Shown here: piece after piece, positions 18,743 through 28,185 of the stretch
How positions within the stretch are numbered: position 1 is the stretch's first letter
Layout: every line of letters starts with the position of its first letter
NCBI GenBank assembly: GCA_017634065.1
Contig: JAGBOC010000011.1
Span: forward strand, 60,412-124,411
DNA from: Lachnospiraceae bacterium
Lineage (GTDB): Bacteria > Bacillota > Clostridia > Lachnospirales > Lachnospiraceae
Direction: 5' to 3'
Length of the DNA stretch: 64,000 nt
Translations under genes and position numbers: made by a program
The notes under the pieces: generated by a model
The model's database searches: none
The model's input: the letters and a program-made list of their open reading frames with translations, nothing else
Told to the model about the DNA's origin: nothing

Positions 18743-20134
18743 ATGGAAAAGAATGAAATCTTAAGAAAAATCCCACAAGTTGATGAAATCCTTAAAGATA
18801 AGGAGCTATCTTCTATTGTAGAGAATACGCCACATGATTTTCTAACTAATTGTATAAGAGAAGTCATAGTTGACACAAGAGCAAATGTTTTAAATGGCAT
18901 AGAGAAAGATATAGATAGAAAAAAACTGATAGAAAGAATTGTTTCTAAAGTAGAAAAGAAATCAAAACAGAGTTTAAGAAGAGTTATAAATGCAACTGGC
19001 ACAGTCCTTCACACAAATCTTGGAAGGTCGGTTATATCAAAGTCTGCTACAGAAGCAATGATAAATGTCGCATATAATTATTCAAATCTTGAATATGATT
19101 TAAGGCATGGTGAAAGAGGCGATAGACAATCGCACATAGAAAAGTTAATTATGGAACTTACTGGTTGTGAGTCAGCAATGGTTGTAAATAACAATGCTGC
19201 AGCCACTATTATCACTCTTGCCACACTTGCTTATGAGAAAGAAGTAATAATTTCAAGAGGTGAACTTATAGAAATTGGTGGTTCTTTTAGAATACCTGAT
19301 GTAATGTCAGAAAGTAGAGCTATTCTAAAAGAAATTGGCACGACAAATAAGACAAAAATATCTGATTATAAAAAAGCATTTGATGAAGAAAAAACTGCCG
19401 CAATAATGAAAGTACATACGAGTAATTATAAAGTAGTAGGTTTTACTGAAGAAGTGAAATTAAAAGAACTCATGCCACTTGGTCGTGAATATAGTATTCC
19501 TGTAATATACGATATGGGAAATGGACTCTTTGTTGACTTAAATGAATACGGCATTGATGAACCAACTGTTCCTAATCTTGTGAAAGAGGATGCAGATGTG
19601 ATACTTTTTAGTGGCGACAAACTTCTTGGAGGCCCTCAAGCAGGAATCATAATCGGTAAGGCAAAGTATATTGATAAGATGAAGAGACATCCTCTTGCAA
19701 GAGCATTTAGAGTTGACAAGTTTACTATTGCTGCTCTTTCTGCTACTCTTTTTGAATACTATGATGTAAAGAGAGCAAAGAAAAATATACCAATTTTGCA
19801 AATGATTACATGCAGTAAAAAAGAACTAAAAGTTAAAGCTGAAAAAATAGCTGAAATGTTAAAAGCAAAAGTTAATGAAGAAGTCACTATAGATGTAGAA
19901 GATATAAAAGACCAAGTAGGTGGTGGAACTGCACCAGATGTATTCCTTGATGGATATGCAGTAACTATCATTTCAAAGAAAATTGCATCAGAAAAGATTG
20001 AAAGACAACTTCGCTCTCTTGATGTGCCAATCATAGTCAGAGTGGCACACGATAAGATATATGTTGACATAAGAACAGTTATGGAAGAAGACATTGAATT
20101 ATTAGTCAATGAACTTTTGAAAACACTACGATAA
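18743..20134 (+). CDS. selA: L-seryl-tRNA(Sec) selenium transferase
   Basis: 'RVINATGTVLHTNLGR', 'FSGDKLLGGPQAG' (PLP-lysine block), 463 aa. Confidence 0.93.
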   Translation: MEKNEILRKIPQVDEILKDKELSSIVENTPHDFLTNCIREVIVDTRANVLNGIEKDIDRKKLIERIVSKVEKKSKQSLRRVINATGTVLHTNLGRSVISKSATEAMINVAYNYSNLEYDLRHGERGDRQSHIEKLIMELTGCESAMVVNNNAAATIITLATLAYEKEVIISRGELIEIGGSFRIPDVMSESRAILKEIGTTNKTKISDYKKAFDEEKTAAIMKVHTSNYKVVGFTEEVKLKELMPLGREYSIPVIYDMGNGLFVDLNEYGIDEPTVPNLVKEDADVILFSGDKLLGGPQAGIIIGKAKYIDKMKRHPLARAFRVDKFTIAALSATLFEYYDVKRAKKNIPILQMITCSKKELKVKAEKIAEMLKAKVNEEVTIDVEDIKDQVGGGTAPDVFLDGYAVTIISKKIASEKIERQLRSLDVPIIVRVAHDKIYVDIRTVMEEDIELLVNELLKTLR

Positions 20135-20151
20135 ATAACTTCAACTCAACC

Positions 20152-20256
20152 GTAGGGGTGAGCACTGCGAACCAGAGTGTAGATGTGAGCATTGCGAGTT
20201 AAATGTAGTGGTGAGCACTTTGAACCAATTGTAGGGGTGAGCACTGCGAACCCGAA
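20152..20256 (+). repeat. Four tandem GTAG-type units (periods 27, 26, 26 nt) filling the selA-selB spacer
   Basis: GTAG at 20152, 20179, 20205 and 20231. The outer units are intact 'gtaggggtgagcactgcgaacc', the inner two degenerate. Confidence 0.9.
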
Positions 20257-20264
20257 AAATATAT

Positions 20265-22220
20265 ATGCAAAATATAATTATAGGAACAGCAGGTCATGTG
20301 GATCATGGCAAGACCTTTCTAATCAAAGCTCTTACAGGTTTTGACACAGACCGCTTAAAAGAAGAAAAGAAAAGAGGCATAACCATAGAAAATGGCTTTG
20401 CGAATCTCCCAAATGATTTAGGACTTCATTTGGGAATTATTGATGTTCCTGGACATGAAAAGTTTGTAAAGAATATGCTTGCAGGTATAGGCGGGATTGA
20501 TTTGGTACTTCTCGTCATATCACTTGAAGAAGGTATAAAGCCACAGACTATAGAACATTTTGAAATCATAAAATCACTTGGTATAAAGAAAGGCATCATT
20601 GTATTTACGAAACTTGATAGCGAGAATATAGTTGATTTTGATACATTAAAAAGTCAAGTGAAAGATTTAGTGAAAGGCTCTAACCTTGAAAATGCAAAAA
20701 TCATACCTGTGTCAAGTTTAACTGGTAAGAATATAGATGTTCTGAAAGAAGAGATATTTTCTCTTGTGAAAGAGATTGGCGAAAGAAATAGCAATAAGGA
20801 ACTTACAAGACTTCCTATAGATAGAGTATTTACTATGGAAGGCTTTGGGACAGTTATTACTGGTACTTTGATGGAAGGAAAAATAGACACTGGCGATGAA
20901 CTTATGGTGTATCCTTCACAAAAAATAGTTAAGGTTAGACAAATTCAGTCGCATGGAAGTGTAGAACCATCAGCACTTGCAGGTCAGAGAACAGCAATTA
21001 ATTTACTAAATGTGAAAAAAGAAGAACTTAATCGAGGAGATGTCCTCGCAACTAAATCTTCTATAATACTAAGTGAGATGATAGACTGCAAAGTGACAAT
21101 GTTTAAGTCTGCAAAGAGAAAACTAAAAAATGGCGAAAGAGTTCATTTTAATTATGGGTCAAAGCAGACAGAAGCAAATGTAAAAGTCATAAGTGATGAG
21201 TATGTGCAGTTTAAGTTTGAATCCCCTATACCAATAAAAAGAGATGACAAATATATTATAAGATTCATAAGTCCAGCTGAAACCTGCGGTGGAGGCATAG
21301 TTTTAAATATTGCCACTAAAAGATATAAGATGGAAGATGGCATTGCACTCAACCATTTTAAGGCACTTGATGGCAATGATGACAAAAGTATACTTCTTGA
21401 GATGATAAATGACTCAAGTGTTGATTTCCCAGACCCAGTTTTTTTGTCAAAGAAAATGAACCAGGGGCTAAAGGATATAAAAGAAATCTTAAAGCAACTT
21501 TTAGGTACTGATAGCATTGAAGTAATCAATCCAACAAGGTCTAAAAATGAAGAGATAAATGATAATGCAATCATACTTTCACATAAGTTTTATGAGGGAG
21601 CAAAAAAATATATACTTGATATACTAAATAAATATCATAGGGAGAATCCTATATCAAAGGGCTTAAAAAAGGAAGAATTAAAGAGCATATTATTTAAGAG
21701 ATATAATAAAGTTGGCGACACAAAACTTGAAGATTTACTCAATTATATGATAGGTAAAAATGTGCTAAAGCAAATAGATGACCTTATTTCTTCATTTGAA
21801 TTTGATGCAGTTCTTGATGATAAAAAATCAAAAGAAAAAATCGCGATTGAGAAAAAATATCTTGATGCTTCGTATAATGTCCCACTTACTCAAGATGTAG
21901 TTACGGAGTTTTCTACTATAAAAGATGGCAAGAATAATAAACTTGAGATAAGACAGATGATAGTTGATTTAGCAAAAGAAGGAAAACTCATAAAACTTTC
22001 AAATGATTACTACATTCATAAAGATAATTTTGATAAAGTTTTAGCAGTAGTAGATAAACTTTTTGAAAATAGTGATAGGATAACAATGACAGAACTTCGT
22101 GATAAACTTGAAACTTCAAGAAAATATGCTATACTTATCATAGATTATCTGGATCAGAAGAGAATAACAAAACTTGCTGGAGAATATAGAATGAAAGGAG
22201 ATAGATATGGCAAAGTATAA
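20265..22220 (+). CDS. selB: Selenocysteine-specific translation elongation factor
   Basis: G-domain 'GTAGHVDHGKT', 'DVPGHEKF', 'TKLD'. Long winged-helix C-terminal extension, 651 aa, adjacent to selA. Confidence 0.93.
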   Translation: MQNIIIGTAGHVDHGKTFLIKALTGFDTDRLKEEKKRGITIENGFANLPNDLGLHLGIIDVPGHEKFVKNMLAGIGGIDLVLLVISLEEGIKPQTIEHFEIIKSLGIKKGIIVFTKLDSENIVDFDTLKSQVKDLVKGSNLENAKIIPVSSLTGKNIDVLKEEIFSLVKEIGERNSNKELTRLPIDRVFTMEGFGTVITGTLMEGKIDTGDELMVYPSQKIVKVRQIQSHGSVEPSALAGQRTAINLLNVKKEELNRGDVLATKSSIILSEMIDCKVTMFKSAKRKLKNGERVHFNYGSKQTEANVKVISDEYVQFKFESPIPIKRDDKYIIRFISPAETCGGGIVLNIATKRYKMEDGIALNHFKALDGNDDKSILLEMINDSSVDFPDPVFLSKKMNQGLKDIKEILKQLLGTDSIEVINPTRSKNEEINDNAIILSHKFYEGAKKYILDILNKYHRENPISKGLKKEELKSILFKRYNKVGDTKLEDLLNYMIGKNVLKQIDDLISSFEFDAVLDDKKSKEKIAIEKKYLDASYNVPLTQDVVTEFSTIKDGKNNKLEIRQMIVDLAKEGKLIKLSNDYYIHKDNFDKVLAVVDKLFENSDRITMTELRDKLETSRKYAILIIDYLDQKRITKLAGEYRMKGDRYGKV

Positions 22221-22701
22221 TAAAGAAACTTGCCTTAAATGGCTTGATGACAATGGCTACAAATATGACAAATTGGAACACACAGCTGTATTTACTATGG
22301 AAGAAATGGAAGTAGCAGGTATCACTGCAAAGGGAGATGTAGTAAAAAATCTATTTGTCAGAAATGCAAAAGGTGATAAACATTATCTTGTATCTGTCCC
22401 TGAGAATAAACAAATAGATATGACTAAACTTGCCATGGCTCTTGGCTCTACAAGATTGTCTTTTGCATCTCCTGAAAGAATGGATAAATATCTAGGTGTG
22501 AAGCAAGGATCAGTATCACCACTTTGTGCCCTTAATGATGAGAATCATGAAGTAGTTGTCGCATTTGATCAGAGCCTCATGGGTAAAGAAAGGATAGGAG
22601 TGCATCCACTTGAAAATACTGCAACTATTTTTATGCCATTTAAGGATATAAAAAAGATAGTTGAAGGTAATGGTAATAAGTTTATATGTATTAAATTATA
22701 A
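22207..22701 (+). CDS. YbaK/ProX-type aminoacyl-tRNA (prolyl-tRNA editing) deacylase, PrdX-like
   Basis: 'VKNLFVRNAKGDKHYLV', 'GSVSPL'. Size of about 164 aa and position next to the prd genes. Confidence 0.7.
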   Translation: MAKYNKETCLKWLDDNGYKYDKLEHTAVFTMEEMEVAGITAKGDVVKNLFVRNAKGDKHYLVSVPENKQIDMTKLAMALGSTRLSFASPERMDKYLGVKQGSVSPLCALNDENHEVVVAFDQSLMGKERIGVHPLENTATIFMPFKDIKKIVEGNGNKFICIKL

Positions 22702-22725
22702 CATTTTAAAAGTGAGGAAGCGAAT

Positions 22726-22908
22726 ATGAATAACATGGGAGATGTTGTTGTCAGACTGATAAGTATCTTTATAACATTTATGATTTTTCTTGGTGCGCTA
22801 ATGCTTATGAAAGAATACAATGTGAGTATGCCAATCAAAATCCTGGTTCTAATAGCACTTATAATAATTGTGGATTTTATAAAAAGTTTAATATTTGGGA
22901 AGAAATAA
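22726..22908 (+). CDS. Small two-TM hypothetical membrane protein
   Basis: RBS 'gaggaag'. Hydrophobic 60-aa ORF followed by a terminator. Confidence 0.45.
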   Translation: MNNMGDVVVRLISIFITFMIFLGALMLMKEYNVSMPIKILVLIALIIIVDFIKSLIFGKK

Positions 22909-22934
22909 AAAAGGCTTAAAATAGCCTTTTTTTT
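22909..22934 (+). terminator. Rho-independent terminator
   Basis: 'aaggct-taaaat-agcctt' followed by a T-run. Confidence 0.7.
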
Positions 22935-22978
22935 ATGCCTCTATGATGAAAAAAAGTGTAAGGTTAATAAAAAAAATA

Positions 22979-23007
22979 TTGAAAATATTGGTTATGAGTG
23001 GTATAAT
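22979..23007 (+). promoter_or_regulatory. Sigma-A-type promoter
   Basis: TTGAAA, 17 nt, TATAAT. Confidence 0.55.
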
Positions 23008-23073
23008 CAAACCATATAGTTTTGTAAGTCGGAGTACTTACTAAACAAATAATTTTTTGGAGGAAAAAATTTT

Positions 23074-24051
23074 ATGGCAATTCTAATTTTGAAAGCTCTA
23101 TGTGTAGTTGGAATCATCCTTTGTGTTGTAATGATGATTTGGAAACAAGGTCAACTTGCAAAGACACCAGAAGGAAAGGCAAACATTGAATGGGGAATGA
23201 AACCAAAGAACTTAATCGCAACTTCAATCGTAGGAGTTGTAGCAAACTTCTTTGATACTCTTGGTATCGGTTCATTTGCTCCATCATCAACAGCATTTAA
23301 ACTTACTAAATCAGTTGATGACCTTCTTGTTCCTGGAACACTAAACGTTGGTGATACTGTTCCAGTTTGTGTTGAGGCTTTCTTATTCTTTGATGCATTC
23401 AATATCGATCCACTTACATGTGTACTTATGTGCGTAACTGCAACAGTCGGTGCATTCTGTGGTGCATCTGTCGTATCAAAGTGGGACAGAACAAAAGTTC
23501 GTTGGGGATTTGGAATTGGTCTTATTATTCTTGCAATCATTATGCTTTGCAGATGGGGTGGATGGGGTCCATTCGCTCTCGGTAATGTAGAGTATACTGA
23601 AGCACAAATTGGTACTGTTGTTAATGGTCGTATCATTCACAAAGTTGGTGAAGATATCGCTGCAGTAGGTTTAGTTGGAAGCAAACTTGTTATAGCTTGT
23701 GTAATCAACTTCATCCTTGGTGCTGCTATGTGTCTTGGTGTTGGTCTCTATGCTCCTTGTATGGCACTTTGCGTTCTTATCGGACTTCACACAGGTATGG
23801 CATTCCCTATCATGATGGGATCTTGTGCATTCCTTATGGCATTTGGTAATGGACCTAAGTTCATTATGGAAGGAAGATATGACGTTGTCGCTTGTTGGAC
23901 TCAAGCAATTGGTGGAGCTATAGGTGTATTCATTGCTTACTATATCGTTAAGTCAATGAATTTAAAGACACTTACTCTTTTAGTTGTTATCGTATGTTTC
24001 ATCACTGGTATCCTTTACTTAAAGGATGCAATTGCTGATACTAAAGCATAA
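23074..24051 (+). CDS. TauE/SafE (TSUP) family membrane transporter
   Basis: Polytopic membrane protein. 'FFDTLGIGSFAP' and the duplicated 4-TM halves are typical of TSUP. Confidence 0.65.
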   Translation: MAILILKALCVVGIILCVVMMIWKQGQLAKTPEGKANIEWGMKPKNLIATSIVGVVANFFDTLGIGSFAPSSTAFKLTKSVDDLLVPGTLNVGDTVPVCVEAFLFFDAFNIDPLTCVLMCVTATVGAFCGASVVSKWDRTKVRWGFGIGLIILAIIMLCRWGGWGPFALGNVEYTEAQIGTVVNGRIIHKVGEDIAAVGLVGSKLVIACVINFILGAAMCLGVGLYAPCMALCVLIGLHTGMAFPIMMGSCAFLMAFGNGPKFIMEGRYDVVACWTQAIGGAIGVFIAYYIVKSMNLKTLTLLVVIVCFITGILYLKDAIADTKA

Positions 24052-24074
24052 GTAAATAAAGGTTATATCAAAAA

Positions 24075-24103
24075 CTACCACCAGATTTGGTGGTAGTTTT
24101 TTT
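24075..24103 (+). terminator. Rho-independent terminator
   Basis: 'ctaccacca-gatt-tggtggtag' followed by T7. Confidence 0.8.
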
Positions 24104-24146
24104 ATATAAAATTATAAAAAAAAGTCTAAAAAAAGTAAAAAATACA

Positions 24147-24175
24147 TTGAAAATGTAATAAAAATGTTGTAAAAT
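24147..24175 (+). promoter_or_regulatory. Sigma-A-type promoter for prdC-prdA-prdB
   Basis: TTGAAA, 17 nt, TAAAAT, followed by a ~125-nt leader. Confidence 0.5.
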
Positions 24176-24300
24176 ATCTATGCTTATAGGTGGGGTTATA
24201 CCCACATTAACTTTTTGGCGGTTGTATGTTAGGATATAAAAATATATGTAGCAATGAATCATTTCATTCCTATGTAAAGTAGATAAGGAAGGGATAACTT

Positions 24301-25968
24301 ATGGCAAAGAAAAGTGTTGTATCAAAAGTTAAAAAGAGTTCTGTAAAAGCTACGAAGACAACTACAAAGGCTTCGACAAAAGCAAAAACAGGAACTAAAA
24401 AAACTGTAGATGGAACTACAGCAAAGTTTAAAATTTCTGGTGATGTGCAACTTCTTTTAAAGCAACATGTTGGTAAACCATGTGTTCCATGTGTTAAAAA
24501 AGGAGATAAAGTTTCAATCGGAACTTTAATTGCTAAACCACAAGGGTTAGGTGCAAACATTCATTCATCTGTTAAAGGTGTTGTATCAAAAATTACTGAT
24601 ACTGCTATATTTATTAAAACAGATAAGGTGCTAAGTACAATAGGACCTAATGATGCCATACCAGTTTCTGCTAAAAAGGATGACTTACTTGGTAGAGTTA
24701 CAGAAGCAGGTGTAGTAGGAATGGGTGGTGCAGGATTCCCAACTGCTGTTAAACTATCTACAAAATTAAATGATGGATATATTTTAGTTAATGCTGCAGA
24801 GTGTGAGCCAATACTTGCACACAATATGGCACAACTTGTTAGATTCCCAAAGGAGACTGTAAAAGGTATTCAGTATGCAATGAAGATTGCAAATGCAAAA
24901 CAAGGAATCATTGCTATAAAACAAAAACACTCACATGAAATTGAGTCAGTACTTAAAGCATTAAAAGGAATAGATAATATTCGAGTTCATTTACTTCCAG
25001 ATATATATCCGATGGGCGAGGAAAGAGCAATCATTCGTGAGACATTAGGAATACTTCTTCCTGTCACAGCTCTTCCATCAGATGCAAATGCTCATGTAAT
25101 AAATGTAGAAACTGTTTTACGTTTATATGAAGCTATAGAATATGGTCGACCAATTGTATCAAAGAAGATAACAGTCAGTGGTAAAATAAAAGGTAGTGAT
25201 AATGGTGTTATAGTATTTTCTGATGTTCCAATAGGAATCAAAGTTAGAGATTTAATAGCTGCTGCTGGTGGCATAGATGGTGATTACGGTGAGATTATAA
25301 TGGGTGGACCATTTATGGGTAGACCTTGCAAACTTGATGACCCTATAACTAAGACAACTGGTGGTATCATTGTTACAGAACCATTTAAAGATTATAAAGG
25401 TGCTAAAGTAGGTCTTCTTGTATGTGCTTGTGGTGCAAATGAAGATAGACTTAAAGACATTGCTAAAAAGTACAATATGAATGTAGTAGATGTAGAGTAT
25501 TGTAAACAAGCACAAGATCCAAAAGGCAATGGCGTTTACAAGTGTGAAAATCCAGGCAACTGCCCAGGACAAGCACTTAAGTGTATGAATATAAAGAAAG
25601 CTGGTGCTACAGAGATTTTAATTTCTAACTGTTCTGATTGTACAAACACAGTTATGGGTTCAGCTCCAGGTCTTGGACTTAATGTTCACCATTCTACTGA
25701 CCATATATTTGAGACAGTTGGAATGCCAGTTCAAAGACATTTGACAAAGTCAAAGTTTGTTGAAGGACCAATACCAGAGGGATGTACTGCATCAAGAAAT
25801 CCTGAATCAAATGAACCAGGTGGCATCAAACAAAGAGCTCACGCAGAGGGTGGTTCTAAAGGTGCTGACTATAGTAAGCCATATCAATTTAGAGAGAATA
25901 CTCCAGACGGCGAGTTACTTATCAGTATTGAATCAGGTTCTGATATATCTATCAAGTACGAAGATTAA
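24301..25968 (+). CDS. prdC: Proline reductase-associated electron transfer protein PrdC (RnfC-like)
   Basis: 'GMGGAGFPTAVKL', 'VNAAECEP' RnfC-type blocks. Immediately upstream of prdA. Confidence 0.85.
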   Translation: MAKKSVVSKVKKSSVKATKTTTKASTKAKTGTKKTVDGTTAKFKISGDVQLLLKQHVGKPCVPCVKKGDKVSIGTLIAKPQGLGANIHSSVKGVVSKITDTAIFIKTDKVLSTIGPNDAIPVSAKKDDLLGRVTEAGVVGMGGAGFPTAVKLSTKLNDGYILVNAAECEPILAHNMAQLVRFPKETVKGIQYAMKIANAKQGIIAIKQKHSHEIESVLKALKGIDNIRVHLLPDIYPMGEERAIIRETLGILLPVTALPSDANAHVINVETVLRLYEAIEYGRPIVSKKITVSGKIKGSDNGVIVFSDVPIGIKVRDLIAAAGGIDGDYGEIIMGGPFMGRPCKLDDPITKTTGGIIVTEPFKDYKGAKVGLLVCACGANEDRLKDIAKKYNMNVVDVEYCKQAQDPKGNGVYKCENPGNCPGQALKCMNIKKAGATEILISNCSDCTNTVMGSAPGLGLNVHHSTDHIFETVGMPVQRHLTKSKFVEGPIPEGCTASRNPESNEPGGIKQRAHAEGGSKGADYSKPYQFRENTPDGELLISIESGSDISIKYED

Positions 25969-26023
25969 TAATAAGTATATATTTACAAAATAATATATAA
26001 GTCATAAATAAGGAGGAAAATTT

Positions 26024-27868
26024 ATGTCTATTTCAGCGGAATACGCTCAAGAACACATCAACGATCCAGCGGTTCTATGTTGTAGAAGAGAAGCAGGAAC
26101 AACACTTTCTCATCACGACTTTGAGGATCCAGCGATTTTTGATGACCTTGTATCATCTGGACTTTTAAAACTTGATGGTGCTTTAACCATCGGACAAGCT
26201 ATGGGTTCAACTCTTACAAAGACTCTTGATTCTTTGAATGCCATAACAAAAGATTGTGTTGATAAAGTCCAAGAGGCAAAAGCATCTGCAGCAGCTACTC
26301 CAGCCGCTCCAACAGCTTCTGCTTCAGTAGGAAATACCACAACAGTAAGTGGTGGAAAATTAAAAATCCACATTGGAGAAGGAAAAGGTATAGACCTTGA
26401 GATTCCAATGGGCATTGCAGCAGGTGCAGGTGCAGCAGCACCAAGTGGTGCAGCAGCAGGTGCAGTTGCAGGTGGCGCAGCAAGTAGTGCTGCTGGCGGA
26501 GAAAAAGTTGTTAGAACTCTCACAAGAAAACATTTCAATATTACTGAAGTTAAGAGAGGTGATAAGACTAAGATTGATGGAACAACACTTTATATCCGTA
26601 AAGGAATTGAGAAGGAAGCAGTTGATACTCAAGAATTAGTTCATGATTTGAAGCTTGATATAATCACTAAAGATAATTACCATGTTTATTCAGAGACTAT
26701 AATGGATACACAACCAATAGCTACAAAAGAGGGAGATGCAGAACTTGGAACAGGCGTTACAAGAGTTCTCGACAATGTAGTTATGATGCTTACTGGAACT
26801 ACTGACGAGGGAGTTCAAATCGGTGAGTTCGGTTCATCAGAAGGATATCTTGATGAGAACGTTATGTGGAATCGTCCATCATGTCCTGACCATGGTGACA
26901 TAATCATTAGAGGAACAGTTAAGATAGAAAATAAGAAGAACATGGAGAGACCAGGTCCTCTTGCAGCTCATAAGGCATTTGATGTTATAACTCAAGAGAT
27001 AAGACTTGCTCTTAAAGAACTTGATGAGAAGTACTGTGTAAGCACAGAAGAGTTCAAACAAGTTCGTCGTCCAGGTAAGAAGAAAGTTGCTCTTGTAAAA
27101 GAGATCATGGGTCAAGGTGCTATGCACGATAACCTCATTCTTCCTGTAGAGCCTGTTGGTATACTTGGAGCACATCCAAACGTAGATCTTTGTAATGTGC
27201 CTGTAGTATGTTCACCACTTGAGGTTCTTGATGGATGTATCCATGCACTTACTTGTATAGGACCTGCAAGTAAAGAGCAATCAAGACACTATTGGAGAGA
27301 ACCAATGGTACTTGAGATGTTATTCGATGAAGAGATTGACTTCGCAGGAGTTATCTTCGTAGGATCACCACAAATTAACTCTGAAAAGTTCTATGTATCA
27401 AGAAGAGTTGGTATGACTTGTGAGGCTATGGACTGTGATGGTGCTATTGTTACTACTGAAGGATTTGGTAACAACCACGTTGACTTCGTATCTCATATAG
27501 AGCAAATCGGTATGAGAGGAATCAAAGTTGTAGGTATGTCATTCTGTGCTAAACAAGGTGCACTTGTTGTTGGTAACAAGTATGTAACTGCAATGGTTGA
27601 TAACAATAAGTCTGAAGCTGGTATCGAGAACGAGATCCTTGGAAATAATACACTTTGCCCAGAAGATGCAGTTCGTGCTATTCTCATGCTTAAAGCAGAG
27701 ATGACTGGCGAAGCTATCAAGAAACCAGAGAAGGAATGGAATCCAAATGTTAAGTCACAAAATATTGAACTCATTTCTTCAGTAACTGGAAAACCAGTTG
27801 AACTCGTTAAGAATGAAAAATCACTTCCAATGAGTGAGAAATATAAGAAGAAATATGCAAACGCATAA
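26024..27868 (+). CDS. prdA: D-proline reductase proprotein PrdA (pyruvoyl-forming)
   Basis: 614 aa. 'ALTCIGPASKEQ' putative self-cleavage Cys (TGT 27254-27256). Paralogous to PrdD plus PrdE downstream. Ala/Gly-rich linker at about 26290-26510. Confidence 0.9.
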   Translation: MSISAEYAQEHINDPAVLCCRREAGTTLSHHDFEDPAIFDDLVSSGLLKLDGALTIGQAMGSTLTKTLDSLNAITKDCVDKVQEAKASAAATPAAPTASASVGNTTTVSGGKLKIHIGEGKGIDLEIPMGIAAGAGAAAPSGAAAGAVAGGAASSAAGGEKVVRTLTRKHFNITEVKRGDKTKIDGTTLYIRKGIEKEAVDTQELVHDLKLDIITKDNYHVYSETIMDTQPIATKEGDAELGTGVTRVLDNVVMMLTGTTDEGVQIGEFGSSEGYLDENVMWNRPSCPDHGDIIIRGTVKIENKKNMERPGPLAAHKAFDVITQEIRLALKELDEKYCVSTEEFKQVRRPGKKKVALVKEIMGQGAMHDNLILPVEPVGILGAHPNVDLCNVPVVCSPLEVLDGCIHALTCIGPASKEQSRHYWREPMVLEMLFDEEIDFAGVIFVGSPQINSEKFYVSRRVGMTCEAMDCDGAIVTTEGFGNNHVDFVSHIEQIGMRGIKVVGMSFCAKQGALVVGNKYVTAMVDNNKSEAGIENEILGNNTLCPEDAVRAILMLKAEMTGEAIKKPEKEWNPNVKSQNIELISSVTGKPVELVKNEKSLPMSEKYKKKYANA

Positions 27869-28169
27869 TGATACTCGTAGGGGCGAGCAATGCGAGCCCG
27901 AAAAAAAAACACCTAAGTATATTGACAAAGTAAATTACTACGAGGGAATCATTACCGAAGTTCACGACGGCTCTGTAGCACTTGATATAAAAGGTCGTCT
28001 TGGATCAATAAGGATTCCAAAAAGAATGATAATATCTGACTACGAATTGAAAGTAGGTCAAGAAGTAGCATTCAATATGAGCTTTATCGAACAACTAAGC
28101 GCTTCGGTTAATGAGCATTATATAAAAAAATCCTCTAAAACAAGAAGCGACAATGAAAATAACGAATAA
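27855..28169 (+). CDS. Small conserved protein between prdA and prdB; start uncertain
   Basis: Core 'YYEGIITEVHDGSVALDIKGRLGSIRIPKRMIISDYELKVGQEV'. The only in-frame ATGs (27834, 27855) overlap the prdA 3' end, so the repeat element would be translated. Confidence 0.55.
   Translation: MQTHNDTRRGEQCEPEKKTPKYIDKVNYYEGIITEVHDGSVALDIKGRLGSIRIPKRMIISDYELKVGQEVAFNMSFIEQLSASVNEHYIKKSSKTRSDNENNE
27877..27900 (+). repeat. Single GTAG-type element just after the prdA stop
   Basis: 'gtaggggcgagcaatgcgagcccg' followed by A9 (27901-27909). Confidence 0.85.
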
Positions 28170-28185
28170 TTGAAAGGAGAATATT

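Noticed and set aside
24200-24300. Sigma-54 (-24/-12) promoter for the prd operon, as expected if PrdR-type control applied ('ttggcggttgtatgtt').
   Set aside because: The spacing and the -12 element (TTGC) do not match TGGCAC-N5-TTGC. A good sigma-A-type promoter is present upstream instead.
26113-26538. - strand 141-aa ORF and several short alternate-frame ORFs (26295..26639) inside prdA.
   Set aside because: They are produced by the GC-rich Ala/Gly-codon run of the PrdA linker, which is open in several frames. They lie fully within a confident CDS.
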